DNA of 64,000 nucleotides from an uncultured archaeon (GTDB lineage Archaea; Altiarchaeota; Altiarchaeia; JAFGQM01): NCBI GenBank assembly GCA_964619365.1, contig CAZUDQ010000001.1, positions 50,929 to 114,928 of the forward strand, read 5' to 3'. Shown piece by piece: positions 57,195 to 64,000 of this stretch (position 1 is its first letter; each line of letters starts with the position of its first letter). The notes under the pieces were generated by a model. It saw only the letters and a program-made list of their open reading frames with translations, ran no database searches and was not told where the DNA came from. The position numbers and the translations under genes were made by a program.

Positions 57195-57884
57195 TCATGC
57201 GCAAAAACCTTTAGTTCTACCTTTGGCAGAAAGCACGGCCTCTTCGGTGCTAAGTGAAGAATATTCGTGGGCGCCATAGGCTTCAAGTTCAGAAATCCGG
57301 TGACTTATCATCCTTATTAGTTCTTCGCGGGATGAAGCGTCCCTTGCAATCTCCTCAAGTTCAAAATCCATAAGAACGTCACCTATCCAGTCGGCAAAAT
57401 CGTTTCTTGTCGTGTGCATGTGATAGGCTATGCTATGGGACGGTGCCGATTTTAGGAAATCTGCAAGCTCCCATAAGTTAATTATCTTCCTTCCATCATT
57501 TGTAAAAAGAATTTCGGTATCAATTTTTGCGCTTTCAAGAATCATCTTTGCTTTCTCGCGACCTCTTGGTGTGCGCATCGCAGAGTTCACAAGGAGGTTT
57601 ATGCGTTTCATCACTATAATTGACATTGGGTTCTTCTCGACAACAAGACTCATCTCGTCCTCAAGCTCGTAGTCTGTTAGCGTTCCTCCGACCCAGTTTG
57701 CAAAATGGTTGTGAAGGGGACTCACGTGATGGGAGAAATGTTCTTTTTCAGAAAGCCTAAGGTAACAGGCAAGCTCGATTAAGTTTGCTATAGACTCGCC
57801 GTCTACTGTTTTAAAGTGAAACTTAGGGTCTTCTATGTGTCTTAAGTAGCGGCAGGCTGTCCTGGGCGATAATACTTTTGCCAT
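57195..57884 (-). CDS. Tandem DUF5752-like domain protein
   Basis: Two copies of F...DG..I.NL.ELA..L........H.....N.FA.W....L.D.EL; start taken as ATG 57884. Confidence 0.7.
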   Translation of the reverse strand: MAKVLSPRTACRYLRHIEDPKFHFKTVDGESIANLIELACYLRLSEKEHFSHHVSPLHNHFANWVGGTLTDYELEDEMSLVVEKNPMSIIVMKRINLLVNSAMRTPRGREKAKMILESAKIDTEILFTNDGRKIINLWELADFLKSAPSHSIAYHMHTTRNDFADWIGDVLMDFELEEIARDASSREELIRMISHRISELEAYGAHEYSSLSTEEAVLSAKGRTKGFCA

Positions 57885-57946
57885 ATGAGTTGGGTTCTCA
57901 GTAGTTATTAACAAGAAATGAAATAAAAACGAAAAAAACTTACAAA

Positions 57947-60900
57947 TCACAAATCTATTTCTACCGGAGAGTATATTTCCTTAAACTTAGCCATATTTGG
58001 AACATAGTTCTCCAGTGCGTATTCGTATATGTAATTTCCAAGCAGCATTATCCTTAGGAGATCCATGTCTTCTCCGAAAAATTCTATCTGGAAATAATTC
58101 TCATAGTAACCCTTTGGAGCAATAATATAGGATATTGTTTCACCGTCAGTTACCTGTGGGGCGATAAAGTCTGCTTCGACCCACTGACCCAGATGTAAAA
58201 TCACATATTCATTATCGTCGTTTTTAAGTTCTCCTAGTGCGTCTTGTCCATCACTCCGCACTGCCGAATCCAAATCAATTTCGATGACTTCTGCTGCCTT
58301 CTCCCCAGAGAAATCTGCGGCGGCGTAGTCTATTTCGAATCCGGAAATTGGGAAAACAAGGCGAATGTCTAAGGAAGCGCCATCACATTCAACTGGGATG
58401 GCTATTTTCCCCCCGTTGCCAGGCAATGAATATCCTAGGTTTTTTTTGCCCGCAAGAACCCATTTGCCGTCTTTTTTGTATTCGACCCATACCTGACCAT
58501 TTTTGTCTAGGAAAGATTCGAGTGAAGAGAGTATGGGGACTGCAAATGTTCCCAAGCTTTGGGTCTTTAGGTTCTCATATATCCCCCACCACAAGAATGT
58601 GAGGAGTCCTGACTCCTTGCCCTTAATAATGATTGTTGCTGATTTGGCTCCTGAAGGCACATCAAATGTCATAAGTATTCTTTCATCTATGTCGTTTGTG
58701 TTTACTAGCAAGTCATTTTTCAGGTCATGGAGATATATTATGCCCTCAGGATAACTTAATTCTTCCTTACAATCCGTCCCCATTCTTGATGTGCATGAAA
58801 TTGGTTTTTGTGGGGATGAAATAATGTAAGTCTCTCCGTTAACACCAGGAACGACCTCTGTTCCTTTGGGGTGCTTAACTGCAAATAGCTTGACTGTGTT
58901 TAAATGTGCGATTTCTGGCAATTGCTGGCTTACTGCAACTTTTAGTTTTCCGTTGCTTACTCTAAGACTTGGAAGTGTTGAGTAACTTGTCGTCTCGGCA
59001 GCAGGAGCAAGTGCTATTGGGAATGCTGCGGCTTCCATTACAAAATCAGTACCATCATAAGAATAAACAAATGGACACCCACCTCCATCGTCTGAATCAG
59101 TACTGCATTCTCTATCTCCTCCACTACAGTCATTATCCCAGCCGTCGCCACAAGACTCACCAGGAAGGCTTCCTGGAGAATACCATGCACCAGCTTCATC
59201 TCCTGATGAGGAACATGTCATTGTGATGTCATTGCACGTGTAAGTCCCGCATCCGCGCTCTTTTGTACAAGCCACCTCATCTTCTTTCATCCACTTGTAT
59301 CCTGCCTGGTCCCAGCTTACATCACGACATACCTTGTAATTGCCATCATCAATCCCTGCACTCGTGCCGCCATCCATGTCAAAATACATCTCACATGGCG
59401 TGCTTGCAGAACACACACACAAAGGATCGTCTCTATCTATTAATCCATCGCAATTGTTATCATACCCATCGCCGCAAATCTCAAGCTCGCTGTATGCTTC
59501 GTCAGGGAGATTCTCATCACAGTCAAGACATATCTCCCACTTCTCAAGATCTCCTTTGAAGTACTCGTTGAGGCAGTCAATATCTATTTTGTCAACATCG
59601 TCATCAGAATCTATATCAGCACAGGCCTTGACGGGCCCAGAAACCCGTATCATTCCCTGCTCAATCATGTTTATTATCACAAGGTCTGTCTCTGTTATCT
59701 TGGCGTCGTCATTTATGTCGCCTTTTATCCCTCGACAAGAAAGGTCGAATATATTGATGCAATCTTCATCAAGAACGACACCCGATTCCTTGTAAATCCT
59801 GCCTGATGTAAAGTCTGCTACCTGGAAACCTTCTAAACACGCAAGGTCGCTTTCGTCTATTGTACCGTCCTGATTAAAGTCTGCAAAGTCTAGCATATCT
59901 TCTGCTGGAGTTACTCCTGCGTTTATTGCATCAATGATTTTTTGCATTGTTTCGACATCAGAGTCGTCAATGTTCCGGCTTGAGTCAAAATCTCCGGGTA
60001 TTGCTGAAGTCATTGGAAGTGGAAAGCAGAATCCACCGTTCATTGGCACTGTGCAATATCCATAATCGGACTCCTCACCAATGTCCCCATACCACGAACC
60101 GGATGCCAGTCGGGTTAGACAATCAGTATCCTTTTCATCAACTATCTCATCATTATTGATATCAAGGCATGCTACAAGTTCAAGTCGTCCTTCATCTGAA
60201 CCTACGGTATTAAGCCAAGAATCTGCTATGTCGGCATCAATTTCTGTTATCTGGCAATCTGCGTCAAGATCGCCTTTGTTTCCTGAATCATCACAGGCAA
60301 CACGGGTTTGTCCCGAACCACATCCACCTGAAATGCACGCCTTTAACTGTTCATCAGAATATATCGTCTGTTTTGTCTTCTTGTTAAGGAGACATTTTCT
60401 GACCTCTTCAATATTATCACACGCGGCACTGCGGTCAAGTGGACACGTCGCTGCGGCTTTTAAGCCCGTGTTTATGACTTGTATGTAGATGTCATTCCCT
60501 ATCTTTTCATTAAAAATGTAGAAGCTTACAGGTATTGAACATATCTCATAACCTGGCGCCCTTACAGTTGCTTCATAAACTCTTCTGGCCTCATTCCAGA
60601 ATATGCCGTGGAATGTGCCGCCAAGATAAAGTTCGAGGTCGTATATATCAGGTAGGGTCTTTCCGTCAAATGAAAGTATTACCTCTGCCATGAAATCTTC
60701 GCCTGTTAAAAGCATAGTCTCAGAAAGGCTTATGTCCGCTGAGAGTTTTGATGAATGTGAATCTGCGCTAAACCCTGAAACAAAAGTATCCTGATAGAAT
60801 AGACCCCTTGATTCTGCCAAAAGGTCCATTGTTATTTCATAGTCGCCTTTGAAGGGAACATCGGCTGAAAGCTCCCAATAATCATAGCCTTCGACTTTTG

Positions 60901-62797
60901 TGAGATTCCCTACTTTTCCGGGATATGTGTCGGGTGAGTTCAAAAACTCTATTGAGATTTGTTGCTCTTCGAGTGCGTCTACGGGCGTTCCATTAAGACG
61001 GATATCATAAAATAGAGTAAGCGGCGGGTCGCCATGTGTTGTGTAGACTGGAGTCACTGTAAGTAACCTGTTGTTGGGGGAATATTCAACCACTTCAAGG
61101 AGTGTTTTCTGGGATGCTCGCTTGCCTTCATATATTATTTCAAAAACTAGTTCAAACTCGCCAAGATCACTTGGAGCGATGCAGTCTGCGCGCCATTTAG
61201 TGTCATATAAGATATCACATTTCTGAGCCCCGGAATATGCTTTTAATTCTGCAATCTCAGGATATAATTTCTTGCTGTTGAAGCTTATCTCATTTATAGT
61301 CGCGACAAATTCTTCATCGGGCGAAAAAAACTTTGGTGAAGAAAACCCGCTAAAAGAAAAATTCTCAGATGTGCTTGACACGCCTTCGCTTGTATAATTA
61401 AGGGTTATAGTCTCTTCTTTGCGCTCACCCAGTTCTAGTGTCGTATACTCTGAGGTATAATCCAAATAGCCGTCAGGCAGACCCTTTATAAGAGCATAAA
61501 TCTCGGTATTTGCAGGTACGCGCAAGTTCTCCGAGTAATCATCTGTGCCAAGAGCAAGAGCTCCTGCGACCCCGGAGCCTGAAAGAAGCTTTCCTGCTTT
61601 TGTCCAAAGTGTGATTGTCGCATTGTCTGTAAGAGAATTTCCGTCTTCATCTTCAACTTTTATTGAAAGGAAGGCTGTGTCGCCATCGCATTCCATCTCA
61701 ATGAATACGTAGGATAAGGTTTCAGTCGGAACAATGACTGTGTCACTTGCCTCTTGTGTGCAACCATCCTGCGCTGATGATGCGGTTGCCATTACAAGTT
61801 TTCCTGCCGGGATATCTGTGAAAATATAGCAGCCAGACTCGGCCTCCGATGTGGTTGATGTATTGTCTATTGTGCCTGTCCGAACAAAACTCGTGTCAGA
61901 GACACCGCTTAATGTGACTAGAGCACTGGATATTGCTTGTCCATTTGTTTTGACACAAACTTCAATCTCCCCTGTGGCCGCAGTTCCCGAAGCTCCTTGG
62001 GGCTTAAGGGAAAGGGTGATAGCTTTTCTGGTGTTGGTGAGACTTATTGTTTGCTCTATCCCGTCATACCCTTCTTTTTCTGCATAAATTATGTAGGACT
62101 TGCCCCCAGGCACGGTAAAATCCCTTTGACCAAATATCTCTTTTTGGTTGACTGCATAACTTACAGGCTTGTCGTTTTCCTCTTCTGCTATTGATATCTT
62201 AACGCCTTGGAGCGCAGACATGGTATTGGCATCTTTTACAATGACTGTTAAAACTGCATTATTTGTTATCGCGCCTGCATCTTTGCATATGTCATCAGGA
62301 AGCGTTACTGAGAGTTCTTGGTTGTCTGAAAGTGCACTTTGGGGTGAGGTATATGTCTTGCCATACGGGCCGCTGACAAAAACAGTAGCTGCGTCTTCTG
62401 TTATTCCAGTAAAGACAAACTGACTTTTTGTCCCCCTCTGGCTCGATAAGATTGTCCCTTCAGGCGATCTAAGCTCTGTTGTGATTTCGCAGTCTGGAGT
62501 ATCTTCAAGATACACAGTTACTGTCTTTGAATCTTTGTCTGGCGTTACTGAGCTTGTGCAATCTTCTGGACAGTTTGTCTCGTCCTCTCCAGAGGAGCAA
62601 ATGCCATCACCACAGTTTGTAGCTGGAGTGCCACCTAAAAGAAGGAGTGCTAAAATAAGGACTATTGCTATTATTGCTATGGGTATTATGACTGGGGGGA
62701 TGCCTTTGTCATCTAGAAACTCAGTTATCCTAAGATTATCTGTTAGAAGTCTGCATTTTTCGTTTATTATTTCCCAGATTTCTTTAACGTCAGGCAT
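57947..62797 (-). CDS. 1616-aa membrane-anchored surface protein with three dockerin-like domains; full-length paralog of 2849..7603
   Basis: Same architecture: GIPP + TM, CGDG.C...E....CPEDC, three paired Ca loops, EICGDGYDNNCDG, CPFVYSYDG module; ends YSPVEIDL. Confidence 0.8.
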   Translation of the reverse strand: MPDVKEIWEIINEKCRLLTDNLRITEFLDDKGIPPVIIPIAIIAIVLILALLLLGGTPATNCGDGICSSGEDETNCPEDCTSSVTPDKDSKTVTVYLEDTPDCEITTELRSPEGTILSSQRGTKSQFVFTGITEDAATVFVSGPYGKTYTSPQSALSDNQELSVTLPDDICKDAGAITNNAVLTVIVKDANTMSALQGVKISIAEEENDKPVSYAVNQKEIFGQRDFTVPGGKSYIIYAEKEGYDGIEQTISLTNTRKAITLSLKPQGASGTAATGEIEVCVKTNGQAISSALVTLSGVSDTSFVRTGTIDNTSTTSEAESGCYIFTDIPAGKLVMATASSAQDGCTQEASDTVIVPTETLSYVFIEMECDGDTAFLSIKVEDEDGNSLTDNATITLWTKAGKLLSGSGVAGALALGTDDYSENLRVPANTEIYALIKGLPDGYLDYTSEYTTLELGERKEETITLNYTSEGVSSTSENFSFSGFSSPKFFSPDEEFVATINEISFNSKKLYPEIAELKAYSGAQKCDILYDTKWRADCIAPSDLGEFELVFEIIYEGKRASQKTLLEVVEYSPNNRLLTVTPVYTTHGDPPLTLFYDIRLNGTPVDALEEQQISIEFLNSPDTYPGKVGNLTKVEGYDYWELSADVPFKGDYEITMDLLAESRGLFYQDTFVSGFSADSHSSKLSADISLSETMLLTGEDFMAEVILSFDGKTLPDIYDLELYLGGTFHGIFWNEARRVYEATVRAPGYEICSIPVSFYIFNEKIGNDIYIQVINTGLKAAATCPLDRSAACDNIEEVRKCLLNKKTKQTIYSDEQLKACISGGCGSGQTRVACDDSGNKGDLDADCQITEIDADIADSWLNTVGSDEGRLELVACLDINNDEIVDEKDTDCLTRLASGSWYGDIGEESDYGYCTVPMNGGFCFPLPMTSAIPGDFDSSRNIDDSDVETMQKIIDAINAGVTPAEDMLDFADFNQDGTIDESDLACLEGFQVADFTSGRIYKESGVVLDEDCINIFDLSCRGIKGDINDDAKITETDLVIINMIEQGMIRVSGPVKACADIDSDDDVDKIDIDCLNEYFKGDLEKWEICLDCDENLPDEAYSELEICGDGYDNNCDGLIDRDDPLCVCSASTPCEMYFDMDGGTSAGIDDGNYKVCRDVSWDQAGYKWMKEDEVACTKERGCGTYTCNDITMTCSSSGDEAGAWYSPGSLPGESCGDGWDNDCSGGDRECSTDSDDGGGCPFVYSYDGTDFVMEAAAFPIALAPAAETTSYSTLPSLRVSNGKLKVAVSQQLPEIAHLNTVKLFAVKHPKGTEVVPGVNGETYIISSPQKPISCTSRMGTDCKEELSYPEGIIYLHDLKNDLLVNTNDIDERILMTFDVPSGAKSATIIIKGKESGLLTFLWWGIYENLKTQSLGTFAVPILSSLESFLDKNGQVWVEYKKDGKWVLAGKKNLGYSLPGNGGKIAIPVECDGASLDIRLVFPISGFEIDYAAADFSGEKAAEVIEIDLDSAVRSDGQDALGELKNDDNEYVILHLGQWVEADFIAPQVTDGETISYIIAPKGYYENYFQIEFFGEDMDLLRIMLLGNYIYEYALENYVPNMAKFKEIYSPVEIDL

Positions 62798-62863
62798 TAT
62801 ATAGAATTTAGGGCAGACCTAATAAAAAGGCAAATCTAGTGGAGATTCATTTAGTCTTTTTAG

Positions 62864-63766
62864 TTAAGGGAGTTTGAGCATGCGCTCTATTGACTTTCTT
62901 GCAGGGACTGCAATTTCATCCGGGACTATTATTTCATCAGAATCTTCAGATAGCGCAAAAGCAAGTCCCTCAAGAGTTGAAAGCTTCATTCCGTCACAGA
63001 TGCCTTTTATTGACAGGGGATAGAATTCTTTTGTTGGGTTTTCTTGTTTCAGGCGATAAAGCATGCCGTTTTCCGTTCCGATTATAAACGGTCCTTTTTC
63101 CTTCCTGCAATAGTCCAGTATTCCTCCTGTTGAGGCAATCTCGTCTGCAGCTTCCTGTACTTCTGGCGGACATTCAGGGTGCACAACAACTTTTGCGTTA
63201 GGATAAATGCCTCGCACGGCATCAAGCTCCCTAAGATCCATTTTTTTATGTACTGGGCATCCACCATATACTGGGATTGGGAGTATTTCTTTTTTTGTGC
63301 GGGAGGCAACGTAATGTGCCAGATTTTCGTCCGGACCAAAGATTATTTTATCCGAGTCCATTGAGTTTACTACTTTTACTGGGTTTGAGGATGTGCACAT
63401 GCAGTCAGAATACGCTTTGCATTCTGCTGTTGTATTGACATAAAGGACTACTTGAGCGTCAGGATTTTCTTCTTTTGCCGCAAGTATCTGGTCTGGGTTT
63501 AGTTGTCTTGCCATCGGGCAGTCTGAGCGCGCATCAGGCATGACAACTTTTGCTGCAGGGTTTAGTATCTTTACCGTCTCGGCCATAAACGCAACTCCGC
63601 AAACGGCAATTAATGATGCATCCCTCTTTTGTGCCTCGCGAGCAAGCCCTAAAGAATCTCCGACAATATCTGCTATATCCTGGATTTCTGGAAGCGTATA
63701 ATTATGTGCCAGCACAAGTGCTCCCGTCTCTTCTTTTGCCTTAATTATCGCTTCTTTTGGGTCCAC
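62864..63766 (-). CDS. nadA: Quinolinate synthase
   Basis: LAHNY, GDSL.LA, CGV.FMAET, CPMA, YVNT, TSSN, PD.NL, CPVH, HPEC, C..MK. Confidence 0.96.
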   Translation of the reverse strand: MDPKEAIIKAKEETGALVLAHNYTLPEIQDIADIVGDSLGLAREAQKRDASLIAVCGVAFMAETVKILNPAAKVVMPDARSDCPMARQLNPDQILAAKEENPDAQVVLYVNTTAECKAYSDCMCTSSNPVKVVNSMDSDKIIFGPDENLAHYVASRTKKEILPIPVYGGCPVHKKMDLRELDAVRGIYPNAKVVVHPECPPEVQEAADEIASTGGILDYCRKEKGPFIIGTENGMLYRLKQENPTKEFYPLSIKGICDGMKLSTLEGLAFALSEDSDEIIVPDEIAVPARKSIERMLKLP

Positions 63767-63772
63767 TTAGGT

Positions 63773-64000
63773 TTATTCTACAGTTACGCTTTTTGCAAGA
63801 TTTCTGGGCTTGTCTATGTCATGACCTTTAAGGAGGGCGACATAATAAGCTAAAAGGTGCAATGGCACAATCGTTGTTATTGGAAAAAGCGAGTTTCCTG
63901 CAAATGGCACGATTATCTTTCGCTCTGGGGCGTCAAGAACACTGAAATGCTCGCCGTCAACAACCTCAATTACCCTTGCCCCTCTTGATTTTATCTCAAT
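63773..64000 (-). CDS. glmS: Glucosamine--fructose-6-phosphate aminotransferase, 3' end (partial)
   Basis: Manual translation ends ...PLHLLAYYVALLKGHDIDKPRNLAKSVTVE*, the diagnostic GlmS C-terminus. Confidence 0.93.
   Translation of the reverse strand: MEIKSRGARVIEVVDGEHFSVLDAPERKIIVPFAGNSLFPITTIVPLHLLAYYVALLKGHDIDKPRNLAKSVTVE

Overview
Archaeal chromosomal window, most consistent with a DPANN-type lineage (inference from the form III RuBisCO/AMP-salvage operon, compact translation genes and many lineage-specific ORFs), but with some biosynthetic capacity (leuBCD-like, purM, nadA, glmS). Housekeeping content includes the eS19-PDCD5-eL39-eL31-aIF6-eL20(LX)-prefoldin-cca cluster, tRNA-Leu(TAA), initiator tRNA-Met, tRNA modification genes, topA, lhr, nreA, tyrS and aRF1. 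No CRISPR array, integrase or transposase was seen. Main candidates for new biology: (1) three tandem, basic proteins built from a ~38-aa helical repeat with a near-invariant C-terminal motif (YQxxLxxxGxxPTKGLIExMH), lying antisense between lhr and its usual metallophosphoesterase neighbour; (2) three paralogous giant membrane-anchored surface proteins (the two complete copies each carry three dockerin-like domains), two of which flank a secreted CotH kinase; (3) a structured 5' leader upstream of eS19; (4) a PIN/HTH toxin-antitoxin-like pair inside the RuBisCO operon; (5) a ~60-nt GC-clamped intergenic RNA candidate. All family calls come from motif recognition by eye, not from database searches.
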